Sequence record: DRR378314_1381
Reading direction: 5' to 3' (one strand)
Length of the DNA: 47,829 nucleotides
This document shows positions 37,648 to 46,971 of the stretch, one piece after another. Position numbers and translations under genes: made by a program. The notes below the pieces were generated by a model. It was not told the origin of the DNA. It did no database searches and saw only the letters and a program-made list of their open reading frames with translations. How positions within the stretch are numbered: the first letter of the stretch is position 1; each line of letters opens with the position of its first letter.

Positions 37648-38079
37648 ATGAAACTGGCAAGACTGATCGAACTGGCGCACAGACAAGGCCACAGACAATG
37701 GGCAAAAGCGGGCGGGCATCTGGGGATGACCCACAGCGAGTATGAGTATCTTCGCGCCATAAAAGATCAGGAAGCCAGGAAGACCGACAAGGATGATCAC
37801 GGGCAACATCTTCAGGATGTTGTTGATGAGATGGGTGTCAGAAAAGCATCCGCCAGCGCAATGGTCTTGAAGCTTGAAGAACGCGGGTTGGTCGTGCGGT
37901 TCCCGTGTCAGTACGACGCTCGCGCCCAACACATTATGTTGACCGAACAGGGGCAGACGCTGTTGTATTCTGGGGAAGAAATCTACGAGGCCGCAGCGCA
38001 GGCACTGCTTGCAGAGTTATCGGAATATGACTTCAAAGCTCTAAAAGTCGCGATTGAACAGCAACGAAACTCGGCCTGA
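37648..38079 (+). CDS. MarR family regulator with His-containing insert
   Basis: MTHSEYEYL..DDHGQHLQDVVDEMGVRKASASAMVLKLEERGLVVR..DARAQHIMLTEQG. Confidence 0.9.
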   Translation: MKLARLIELAHRQGHRQWAKAGGHLGMTHSEYEYLRAIKDQEARKTDKDDHGQHLQDVVDEMGVRKASASAMVLKLEERGLVVRFPCQYDARAQHIMLTEQGQTLLYSGEEIYEAAAQALLAELSEYDFKALKVAIEQQRNSA

Positions 38080-38100
38080 CAGCCATTTGACCAGTAACGT

Positions 38101-38119
38101 AAGTCAGACTTACTAATTA
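38101..38119. promoter_or_regulatory. MarR operator candidate 2
   Basis: AAGTCAG-N5-CTAATTA, inverse of the candidate 1 pattern, upstream of the 38138 gene. Confidence 0.55.
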
Positions 38120-38137
38120 AAATGATGGAAACACAAT

Positions 38138-38566
38138 ATGACATTCGAACTCGTACTCATGGCAACCGCTATCCACATTCTGATCTGGGAAAAGCTTCCG
38201 GAATGGGGAACATGGTTTAACACTTTCATAGCCGCATTACCGCGCCTTTTGAGTTCTCTCTATGAGCAATGGCACTGCCCATATTGTGCCGGATTCTGGA
38301 TTGCGCTGGTGCTGCACGGTTTGACTGGGTTTTGGACAATCCCCGACCTCGCCTCACTGCCAGGTTACCTGGGTGTCACTGCAACGCCGGTCGGCTGGAT
38401 CCTTGATGCACTTGCAACTGCGACCTTGGTATATGCTGCGATCATCGGCTTGAAGGCGATTGGCTTGCCCGCGATGAAAGCCCACATGATGAAAGAGGAT
38501 TTCATGAAATCCGCCTTCAAGGGAGAGGATGTTCAAACGGACATTGGCGTAACCGCAGCGAATTAG
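38138..38566 (+). CDS. Small membrane protein with CPYC motif (DUF1360-like)
   Basis: Hydrophobic helices and WHCPYCAGFWIAL; C-terminal ~10 codons run into repeat sequence. Confidence 0.7.
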   Translation: MTFELVLMATAIHILIWEKLPEWGTWFNTFIAALPRLLSSLYEQWHCPYCAGFWIALVLHGLTGFWTIPDLASLPGYLGVTATPVGWILDALATATLVYAAIIGLKAIGLPAMKAHMMKEDFMKSAFKGEDVQTDIGVTAAN

Positions 38567-38855
38567 TTCTTTGTCCGCACTGCCGCCTGTGACCGGGCAG
38601 GCACGCTGCAATTGCGGCGGATCGGGTCAAACGGCTGGCTTTGCAAAGTCTACTTTCTGCGCATCGCTGTAGTTGGGGCATCTCGCAGCATCGGTCAAAG
38701 TGGGCTCGCTGCTGACGTCGGTGCCGTTGCAGCAAAGCCCCCTGCCCCGCCAGTAGCTGATCACAAGGACGGCCCTTTACCGACATTCGACATTTATTCA
38801 GATTTTACTAGTCGACTTCCAGAAAGCCGCCATTCGTGCACAGAGCAGCATTTTC
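38534..38855. repeat. Cluster of module-boundary repeat elements
   Basis: CAAACGGACATT 38534, CTTTGCAAAGTCTACTTTCTGCGC 38639-38662 (exact inverse of 34212-34235), AAAGCCGCCATTCG 38823, GCAGCATTTTC 38845. Confidence 0.7.
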
Positions 38856-39444
38856 AGTTGCTGAGTGACAGCATTACCTTCAAAGTGCTGTTCGAAGAAG
38901 TAAAAACACAAACGGACTGGTGAACAAGAAGCCTCGTCAACGCTCTTGCAGCAATGCTCCACTTGATCAATGTATCAGCGGCTAGGTCAGCCTTCTGTCC
39001 CACCCAACTCAGACAGGAGTTCAAAGCCTCTGTAAGCTTCTTCAATGCAGACAAAACTAGTGATTTGTTCGGCTCCTCAGCCTCTGCTTGTCCGGCGATT
39101 TCATCGACCGTCGCCCAAATTATCGCATAGTTGTCTTGTATGGAAGAGGGCAGCTCGACTTCTTCGGGCGAATTGTTTCCGCTAATCCCTAGACGACTGC
39201 TGCAGAATACTGCGGCCCGGTCTTTGTATAGCTCAGATAATGACTGCCTTACAGAAAATAGAGCTTCATTTTTCTCTATCTCTCGAGCCACGTGTGCAGG
39301 CCCTGACTCCCAGTCTTGATCAGATAGCGTCGAAGCAATCAAACCGCTCAGTTCCCGTGGCATTGGCCTGCCATCGTAGATTGCCTTGAACCATCGTAGC
39401 CAAAAATCCCCATACACCTTTGTCAGAATTGAAAAAGTCATCAA
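38854..39444 (-). pseudogene. Probable fragment of a larger hypothetical protein
   Basis: Protein-like core FWLRWFKAIYDGRPMPREL..DWESGPAHVAREIEK but no credible start/RBS and a garbled C-terminus. Confidence 0.45.
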
Positions 39445-39848
39445 GGTTCTCGCGTGGTCAGTTCTGCATTGAGCCCGAGGTGGCAGATGCAGATATCCGC
39501 GATCTCTCCCTTCTTGAAGAACCCATGGCTCACACTGTACCGGGCGCGCTGCAGTTCAGGTGCGGTGAACAGCTCAATCGTCGCGTTGACATGCGCCAGA
39601 TGGTGCCTCGTATGCTTTAATCTGAACCAGTCAGAGGGGGCTGCTCAGGTGGACAAGATATCGGGGCCGCTGTAATTGCTGTAGGGTATGCACTGGACTA
39701 CCGTCGCTTCTCTGATGGTCGATATGTTCAGTTTGAAACACCCGCGGTGTTGTCACATAAACCATCGCAAGTTGTCAGCAGTCGCATTTGCAACTAGGCA
39801 GCTTTGATGAGGTTGCTTGGGATGTCCATTCCATCAGAACCATACTGT

Positions 39849-40859
39849 CTATTCCAACTTTCTGGTGGAATGCCGGACAATCAGTTCTGCCGGTAAAAGA
39901 TACGGGTCGGGAACGGTCTGACTATCCAACCAACGGACTATCGATTTGGCGGCTACCTCTCCCATTCTTGCAACTGGCAGATGGACCGTCGTGATTGCAG
40001 GAAACGTGTAGGGTGAAGAAGGCAGATCATCGATTCCGATCAGCGATACTTCTTCAGGCACGTTTATTTGTTGCCTTTGCAATTCGAATAAAACCCCCAT
40101 GGCCAAGACGTCGGAAAAGCACAGAATAGCGGTAAATGTTGTCTTAGTTCTCAGAAGGTTTTGTATTGCCGTGCTGCCGCCTTGAATCGAGATGTCAGTC
40201 TCGAACATTTGTAGTGAGTGCGCTAATTTGGCGGCCTTCAACCCCGATAGTCGCGCCTGAGTCCTATCGTTGTTCTTGACCGGTCCGTGAACCACGGCAA
40301 TTTTTTGGTGACCTGATGCCAAAAGAAAATCGAGGGCAATTCGCGACGCGCTTGCGTTGTCGTAGCCGACAGTTGGCAAGTGATAATTCTCTTCAAAATA
40401 CGAAGTGGCTATCACCGGAAGACGCGTTTGTTCCATCAGCTTGTCGAACTCCGGGCTGTGCGTGATACCGGAAACAATCAACGCTTCCACACCAATATCA
40501 ACCAACCCTCTTGCTTTTTCAGTTTCAATCTCGGGATCGTTAGAGGTTGTTGCAACAACAAGCGACAAACCATGCATCGCCAAGTGTTTTTCAAGTGCTG
40601 CCAGAAATCTTGAAAAGATCGCGTTATCTAGTGTCGGAACCAAGGCGCCGATGACGCGTGTCCTGCCAGAATTGATCGCACGGGCGGCAGCACTGGGCAC
40701 GAAATGCAACATATCGATCACCTCCTCTACGCGCAAACGTGTCTCTTCAGAAACAGCTTTTGGAGAATTCAGAACCCGTGAAACTGTCGCAACGGAAACA
40801 CCGGCGACCTTTGCCACGTCACGAAGATTGGCCCGCTTCTTTTTCGGTCGGCTTTCCAT
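39849..40859 (-). CDS. LacI family transcriptional regulator
   Basis: ANLRDVAKVAGVSVATVSRVLN, PEEVSLIGIDD, PAITTV; ATG 40859 after GAGG. Confidence 0.95.
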   Translation of the reverse strand: MESRPKKKRANLRDVAKVAGVSVATVSRVLNSPKAVSEETRLRVEEVIDMLHFVPSAAARAINSGRTRVIGALVPTLDNAIFSRFLAALEKHLAMHGLSLVVATTSNDPEIETEKARGLVDIGVEALIVSGITHSPEFDKLMEQTRLPVIATSYFEENYHLPTVGYDNASASRIALDFLLASGHQKIAVVHGPVKNNDRTQARLSGLKAAKLAHSLQMFETDISIQGGSTAIQNLLRTKTTFTAILCFSDVLAMGVLFELQRQQINVPEEVSLIGIDDLPSSPYTFPAITTVHLPVARMGEVAAKSIVRWLDSQTVPDPYLLPAELIVRHSTRKLE

Positions 40860-40903
40860 CTCGCCTCTATGGTTTGAATACACTCTTCGTACTTTTCTAA
40901 TAC

Positions 40904-40947
40904 TTGACAGATGTAACTAGTTACATCAAGCTGTGTAACTAGTTACA
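40904..40947 (+). promoter_or_regulatory. Promoter with two LacI-type operators
   Basis: -35 TTGACA (40904), perfect 18-bp palindrome GATGTAACTAGTTACATC (40910-40927) and second TGTAACTAGTTACA (40934-40947). Confidence 0.88.
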
Positions 40948-40967
40948 TTTGCGATTCATGGAAAACA

Positions 40968-43295
40968 ATGTACACCGACGCGATTCTTCACGAATTCAGC
41001 AACAACGGGCACGCTACACTCGCACGGTTGTTTGCCGGTTTTCAGAAACCGAGTCATGAACGGACCCTTGTATTGGCACCGCGGGAAGTCCAGAAGATCG
41101 CGATGCGCCCCGACGATCTTCTGTCCATTACCGGGGTCTGGTCCGAGGGTGAGTTACACGTTTCGGCGTTTGACTCCCGCGGAAAAGACGCGCTTTCGAC
41201 CATAGGGCTTGCTGAGTCAGGACATTTGAATAGCAACGAGTCTGACTTGACCGAATTGGTCGGCTGGATCGCAGCGCAGGGCGGTGATTGCAACGCCTGC
41301 ATTGCTGCCGCTCGCCTGCCAGCAAGTGATGATCAGTTTGTTCTAAGGGCCAGTAGCCCCATAACCTTATGGCTGTCGCGCGTTTCGAACCGTGACCAGT
41401 TGGTTAGTGGGTTTGGCGGTGGCTCGATCATAATTAAGCATCAGCCCTCTGGGAGAACCGGCCAGATACTGCCCGACCCGCTGGGGGATGTGCGCGATGA
41501 ATTCACCGTTACGCGCGGCACGGGAATGTCTTACGAATTGAAGCAGGGTGAAATCCTCCAGATCATCGACGTCGAGGGGCAGCAATGCTCGGATTTTGTC
41601 GCCATACGCGCCGATCGGCTCGACAATGGTGAGGAGTGGTTGATCGACAGTACCGCAACCCGATCGATGGTGCGCCGCGCCTACCCGGGCCCCGGCATGC
41701 TCGACAAGTTCTTCGACAGCGAAATGCGCCCGCTTCTGAACGTTGTACAAGACACCTGCGGGCGGCACGATACTTATGGTCTGGCCTGCACAGCACGTGG
41801 ATACGCGGAGCGCGGTTTCCCTGGGCATGTTAACTGTTCTGACAACATTTCCTATGCGCTTGATCCTTATGGCGTGAAGCGCCGTTCAGCATGGCCGGCG
41901 ATCAACTTCTTTTGGAACACCTGGATTGACCCCAAAACTCACGACCTTCTGGTAGATGAAAGTCGCTCTCGCCCTGGCGACTATATCGCCATGAAGGCTC
42001 TTGACGATCTTGTCTGTGTTTCGACCGCGTGCCCGGATGACATCGACCCTATCAACGGTTGGAACCCAACGGATGTGCACGTACGGATTTACCGGCCCGA
42101 GACACCCATTCGTCGCGCCGTTGCCTATCGCGAAAAGGAAGACGCACCAATGTCCCTCAGTCAGGAATCTGCCTTCCATGAACGGCTGGAACCATTGACC
42201 CAGCACTTTGCGCCAGCGCGGGATCTTTGGGCGCCGGTGAGCTTTCCATCGCGTGGGACACTGGGCGAGTATTGGGCGTGCCGTGAGGCTGTGACCCTGC
42301 AGGACATGAGCGGGCTGCGCAAATTCGATATCATCGGGCCTGATGCCGAGATGCTGTTGCAACTGGCGACGACGCGAAATGTTGCCAAACTGCCGGTCTG
42401 GCGCGGTTCTTACACGCTTATGTGCGACGAAACTGGTTCGATCATTGATGATGGCACCCTGTTCCGACTTGCGCATGACCTGTTCCGCTGGTGCTGTGGC
42501 ACTGAAGAGAGCGGAAGGGCACTGCAAACATTGGCCGAGAAACACGAACTTCAGGTTCGCATCCACGCCATGCGCAACGCGTTACCAAATCTAGCGCTGC
42601 AAGGTCCGAAATCCCGCGACCTGCTGCGCAAGATTGTCTTCACACAGCCTAATGTGCCAACGCTGGATCAGCTGAAATGGTTCGGCTGTACCATTGGCCG
42701 ATTGAACGATCGCGAGGGCGCGCCCTTTATGCTGTCCCGTTCCGGATACACCGGCGAACTGGGGTACGAGATATTCTGCTCCAAGGCCGATGCCGTGACC
42801 ATCTGGGATGCTGTGATGGCCGCTGGAGAGGAATTCGGGATCACACCGATGGGGTCGGCTGCATTGGAGATCATCCGCATCGAAGCAGGACTTGCAGCGG
42901 CTGGCGCCGAATTCGCATCAGGTGTTGACGCCTATGAGGCCGGATTGGGGTTCGCCATTGATCTGAACAAGGCGGAGTTCATCGGCAAGGCCGCGCTCGA
43001 ACGTAATCATGAGGCCCCTCGACGGGTGCTCAAGGGGTTACTGCTGGATTGCAACGATGTCCCGCTGCACGGCGCCGGGGTCTTTGCCAAAGAGAGGCAA
43101 GTGGGGGCGATCACCTCTGCCACGCGCTCTCCTTCGCTTGAGCGCGGCATCGCTATCGCGCTCCTGTCGGTCGAGCAATCGGAAAACGAAACCAGGCTGG
43201 AAATCGGGCAACTTGACGGGCGGATGAAACGCCTTGGTGCTATGGTCGCCGACATTCCATTCATAGACCCGCAGCGAAAGCGGGCGCGCGCTTAG
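40968..43295 (+). CDS. DUF1989 + GcvT aminomethyltransferase fusion (TMAO demethylase Tdm-like)
   Basis: DVEGQQCSD, DTCGRHD..LAC..GHVNCSDN, ACPDD..NGWNPTDVHVR, then EYWACRE..DMSGLRKF, IDDGTLFRL, SRSGYTGELGYE. Confidence 0.88.
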   Translation: MYTDAILHEFSNNGHATLARLFAGFQKPSHERTLVLAPREVQKIAMRPDDLLSITGVWSEGELHVSAFDSRGKDALSTIGLAESGHLNSNESDLTELVGWIAAQGGDCNACIAAARLPASDDQFVLRASSPITLWLSRVSNRDQLVSGFGGGSIIIKHQPSGRTGQILPDPLGDVRDEFTVTRGTGMSYELKQGEILQIIDVEGQQCSDFVAIRADRLDNGEEWLIDSTATRSMVRRAYPGPGMLDKFFDSEMRPLLNVVQDTCGRHDTYGLACTARGYAERGFPGHVNCSDNISYALDPYGVKRRSAWPAINFFWNTWIDPKTHDLLVDESRSRPGDYIAMKALDDLVCVSTACPDDIDPINGWNPTDVHVRIYRPETPIRRAVAYREKEDAPMSLSQESAFHERLEPLTQHFAPARDLWAPVSFPSRGTLGEYWACREAVTLQDMSGLRKFDIIGPDAEMLLQLATTRNVAKLPVWRGSYTLMCDETGSIIDDGTLFRLAHDLFRWCCGTEESGRALQTLAEKHELQVRIHAMRNALPNLALQGPKSRDLLRKIVFTQPNVPTLDQLKWFGCTIGRLNDREGAPFMLSRSGYTGELGYEIFCSKADAVTIWDAVMAAGEEFGITPMGSAALEIIRIEAGLAAAGAEFASGVDAYEAGLGFAIDLNKAEFIGKAALERNHEAPRRVLKGLLLDCNDVPLHGAGVFAKERQVGAITSATRSPSLERGIAIALLSVEQSENETRLEIGQLDGRMKRLGAMVADIPFIDPQRKRARA

Positions 43296-43326
43296 CAAGA
43301 AACATCCAATCAACAGGAGTGAGAAC

Positions 43327-44292
43327 ATGAAACTAAAGATGAAATCATTGGCATTGTCAGCTGCAGTCAGCGTGTTTGCGCTGCCGGCCTTTGCGGCGGA
43401 AGAGGTCAAAATCGGCGTGCCGTCCTGGACCGGGGCGCAGGCGATAGCCTATTTGCTGGGCGCAGTCGTGGAGATGCGGATCGGCGGAACCGTGGAATAT
43501 GTACCTGGCAACAACGCCACAATCTTCCAGGCGATGGATCAGGGTAAGGGCGACATTGATGTACACCCGGATGTCTGGCTGCCCAACCAGCAAAGCTTTA
43601 CCCAGAAATATGTAGACGAAGCGGGCACCGTTACCCTTTCGTCGAACCCTTATGAAGGCAATCAGGGTTTCTGCGTCAGCAAGGATTTTGGTGAAGCCAA
43701 CAACATCACTGACATCGCCGACCTGGGTCGCCCGGACGTGGCCGCTTTGATGGACAGTGACGGCAATGGCCGCGGTGAGATGTGGATTGGCGCGCCCGGC
43801 TGGGCTTCGGCCAATGTGAACGAGGTGAAGGTGCGCGACTACGGGTTGATGGATTTCATCGAGCCGATCCGAGCTGAGGAAAGCGTAAAAACAGCGCGCA
43901 TCAAAGACAGTATCGCCAAGGGTGAGGGTTATGCGTTTTATTGCTATAAGCCCCACGCCGTGTGGTTCATGTTTGATGTTGAAATGCTGTCTGAGCCTGC
44001 GTTTGACCCTGAAAAATACGTGATGGTGCAGCCTTCGGACGATCCCGATTGGTTCGACAAGTCCATGGTCGCGACGAAAGATGCACTGAAAGATGTTCAG
44101 ATCGCCTGGTCCAATTCGCTGGTGGATCGCTCGCCGGCGATTGCCGAGTTCTTCACCAATTTCCAGGTGACATCGGATGACGTTTCGAACTTTGCCTACG
44201 AGATCAGCGCCAATGGCCGTGATCCGGCCGAGGTTGCACGTGAGTGGGTTGAAGCTAACCCCGATCGCGTAGACGCCTGGCTGGGTCTCTGA
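43327..44292 (+). CDS. Glycine betaine/ProX-type ABC substrate-binding protein
   Basis: Signal peptide, SWTG, DIDVHPDVW, GAPGW, AREWVEANPDRVDAWL. Confidence 0.9.
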   Translation: MKLKMKSLALSAAVSVFALPAFAAEEVKIGVPSWTGAQAIAYLLGAVVEMRIGGTVEYVPGNNATIFQAMDQGKGDIDVHPDVWLPNQQSFTQKYVDEAGTVTLSSNPYEGNQGFCVSKDFGEANNITDIADLGRPDVAALMDSDGNGRGEMWIGAPGWASANVNEVKVRDYGLMDFIEPIRAEESVKTARIKDSIAKGEGYAFYCYKPHAVWFMFDVEMLSEPAFDPEKYVMVQPSDDPDWFDKSMVATKDALKDVQIAWSNSLVDRSPAIAEFFTNFQVTSDDVSNFAYEISANGRDPAEVAREWVEANPDRVDAWLGL

Positions 44293-44307
44293 TCCAGCAT
44301 TGTAATC

Positions 44308-44339
44308 CAAGTTGGCGCTGCATCTTCGGCGCCAACTTG
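44308..44339 (+). terminator. Intercistronic hairpin after the SBP gene
   Basis: Perfect 11-bp stem CAAGTTGGCGC/GCGCCAACTTG, no strong U tract; may be an mRNA stabiliser. Confidence 0.55.
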
Positions 44340-44377
44340 AAACGGCGCAACCCTAGCAATAAACCTCCGGGGGACAC

Positions 44378-45433
44378 ATGGGCGACGATACCGTTATCAA
44401 AATCTCGAATGTCTGGAAGATCTTCGGTGCCAAACCCGAAATTGCCTTGCAGGCGATCAGGGATCGCGGCCTGACCAAGGCCGAGGTGCTGGCAGAGTTC
44501 AACTGCGTTGTAGGCGTCGCGGATGTCAGCCTGTCGGTCACCCGGGGCGAAATTTTCTGCATCATGGGCCTCTCGGGCAGCGGCAAATCCACGATGGTGC
44601 GCCACTTCAATCGCCTGCTGGAACCCACTGCTGGCAAAATTGAAATCGAAGGCACTGATGTGATGGCGCTGGGTCCGCAAGAGCTTCAGCAGTTTCGCAA
44701 CCACAAGATCGGTATGGTATTTCAGAATTTCGCACTGATGCCGCATCGCTCGGTGCTGGACAATGTTGCGATGCCCCTGGAAATCCGGCAAGTCAGTAAG
44801 AATGAGCGCATGCGCCAGGCCGCGGCCATTCTCGATATTGTCGAGCTTGGCGCATGGGGGTCGAAATTTGCGCATGAACTGTCCGGCGGGATGCAACAGC
44901 GTGTCGGTCTGGCCCGCGCCCTGGCCGCCAACCCCGATGTTCTGTTGATGGATGAACCGTTTTCAGCGCTTGATCCGTTGATCCGGCGGCAGTTGCAGGA
45001 TGAATTCATCCGACTGAGCAAAATCCTAAAGAAGACAACGATCTTCATCACCCATGACCTTGATGAAGCCGTCCGTATCGGCAATCGCATCGCCATTATG
45101 CGCGACGGTAAGGTAGTGCAGATCGGAACTGCTGAAGATATCGTGATGAACCCCGCTGATGATTATGTATCTGATTTTGTTGCGGGCATTTCGCGGCTCA
45201 AAGTGGTGCGCGCTCATGCGGTCATGCGGCCAATACCGGAACATGTCGCGGTCCATGGCCCGCTATCCGCTGACGCACCGCGCGTCAATGAAAGCGAAAA
45301 CCTGAGCACGATGATTAATCTGGCGATCGACAATAGCAGCGCCATTTTGGTTGAGGATGCCGGCGTGGATGTCGGCGTGATCACCCGCGCCGATCTGTTG
45401 CGCACCGTGATCGAAGGGACAGAAGTATCATGA
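44378..45433 (+). CDS. ProV-like ABC ATP-binding protein with CBS-like tail
   Basis: GLSGSGKST, LSGGMQQRVGLARALA, DEPFSALDPLIRRQLQ. Confidence 0.95.
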   Translation: MGDDTVIKISNVWKIFGAKPEIALQAIRDRGLTKAEVLAEFNCVVGVADVSLSVTRGEIFCIMGLSGSGKSTMVRHFNRLLEPTAGKIEIEGTDVMALGPQELQQFRNHKIGMVFQNFALMPHRSVLDNVAMPLEIRQVSKNERMRQAAAILDIVELGAWGSKFAHELSGGMQQRVGLARALAANPDVLLMDEPFSALDPLIRRQLQDEFIRLSKILKKTTIFITHDLDEAVRIGNRIAIMRDGKVVQIGTAEDIVMNPADDYVSDFVAGISRLKVVRAHAVMRPIPEHVAVHGPLSADAPRVNESENLSTMINLAIDNSSAILVEDAGVDVGVITRADLLRTVIEGTEVS

Positions 45434-46971
45434 GCACCTCTGATGTGAACCCACTGGAAGACACCGAAAGCGAAGCAGCTCTGGCCTATGCGGAAGAGCG
45501 GCGCGAGAATATTCGGACATTTGTGCGCACCAACCCTGACTATTACATCCGAAACTTTGACAAGATTGGTGCATCGTCCCGCTTCACGCCAACCTTCAAC
45601 CTGATGGCCGGGATCTTCGGCCCAGTCTGGTTCGGCGCGCGAGGACTGTGGACCTGGGCACTGCCCTTCCTGATCATTGAAACGCTGGCCTTTGTTCAGA
45701 TTGCCCGGGGGCTGTTTGGAGATCTGGCCTCTGACGCCATGGCGCGGATCGCGTCGATTGAGGGCACGCTTGAGCTGCGCCGCAAACAACTGGAAGCAGC
45801 AATTGAAGCCAATTCCGACAAGATTGATGTCTATCGCCGAACGGTCGAGTCGCTGGAGGAAAACATCGGCGGTATTCGCGCCGAGGCCGAGGCAATGGCA
45901 GGACAAGGGCCGAGTATTGCCCTCACCGGCCTCGTCATATTGCTGATCGTCAAGGCGGTACAGGCTATCGTGGCCAACTGGGCTCTTGAGGCGCGGTTCT
46001 CAGACTGGTTGTCTGACCGGTCGGTTCGTTCGGCCTTGCCGGTTCAGGAGATTGTATTCAGCGCAATTTTCATGGCGCTGATCGTGACTGCCGCGATGAT
46101 GCATTACTCCTTCCCCGGACGGTTTTCCCTGCTCAGCCATTTTCCGACGGATCCAAATATCCGCCTGACCGGTATCACCTGGGTGGAAGAGTTCATCGCA
46201 TGGTGCGTTCGCAACAGCGAAGTGTTCTTCGATGTACTGACAATTGGCATCCGCGCGCTGCTGGATGCGCTTGAGGTCATCCTGGTGCAGACCCCGTGGA
46301 TCGTGATCGCGAGCCTGATCGTCCTGTTGACCTGGCTAACAGCAGGCATCCGCACGGCCATCTATTCGAGTGCATTTCTGGCTTACATGGGCCTTCTTGG
46401 ATTCTGGGAGGCGGCGATGACGACACTGGCCCTGCTTGGAACAGCGGCATGTCTGTCCATTGTAATCGGTATCCCCTTGGGCATGTTTGCGGCGCGACGT
46501 CCTCGATTCTATGCGTTTATCCAGCCTATCATGGACTTCATGCAAACTATGCCGGCCTTCGTCTTTATGGTTCCGGTGATCGCATTCTTTGGCGTCGGTA
46601 AACCGGCGGCGGTTATCGTCACGATGATCTTTGGCGGTACACCGGTGGTGCGCCTGACCGTGCTGGGCCTGCGTGGCGTTCCGGAATCCGTACGGGAGGC
46701 CGCCATCAGCTTTGGCGCCAACAAATGGTACCTGCTGACCAAGGTCGATCTGCCGCTTGCCGCACCGTCAATCCGGGCAGGGATCAACCAGACGATCATG
46801 TTGTCACTGGCCATGGTGGTCGTTGCTTCGCTGATCGGGGCAAAGGGCCTTGGTGAAGACGTTCTTGAAGCCTTGCAATACGCTAATGTGGGTCAAGGTA
46901 TCCTTGCGGGCTTCTCGATCCTGTTCTGCGCAATGATCCTTGATCGGATCGTGCAGGGCGCCAGAAAATGA
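45430..46971 (+). CDS. ProW-like ABC permease with long N-terminal extension
   Basis: C-half PIMDFMQTMPAFV, EAAISFGA, GINQTIMLSLAMVVVASLIGA; N-half has extra TM and coiled-coil segments. Confidence 0.92.
   Translation: MSTSDVNPLEDTESEAALAYAEERRENIRTFVRTNPDYYIRNFDKIGASSRFTPTFNLMAGIFGPVWFGARGLWTWALPFLIIETLAFVQIARGLFGDLASDAMARIASIEGTLELRRKQLEAAIEANSDKIDVYRRTVESLEENIGGIRAEAEAMAGQGPSIALTGLVILLIVKAVQAIVANWALEARFSDWLSDRSVRSALPVQEIVFSAIFMALIVTAAMMHYSFPGRFSLLSHFPTDPNIRLTGITWVEEFIAWCVRNSEVFFDVLTIGIRALLDALEVILVQTPWIVIASLIVLLTWLTAGIRTAIYSSAFLAYMGLLGFWEAAMTTLALLGTAACLSIVIGIPLGMFAARRPRFYAFIQPIMDFMQTMPAFVFMVPVIAFFGVGKPAAVIVTMIFGGTPVVRLTVLGLRGVPESVREAAISFGANKWYLLTKVDLPLAAPSIRAGINQTIMLSLAMVVVASLIGAKGLGEDVLEALQYANVGQGILAGFSILFCAMILDRIVQGARK

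Noticed and set aside
43357-44310. 317-aa antisense ORF and similar long shadow ORFs (20739-21419, 26972-27745, 41886-42566, 45214-45906)
   Set aside because: They mirror well-supported genes on the other strand; a codon-bias artefact.
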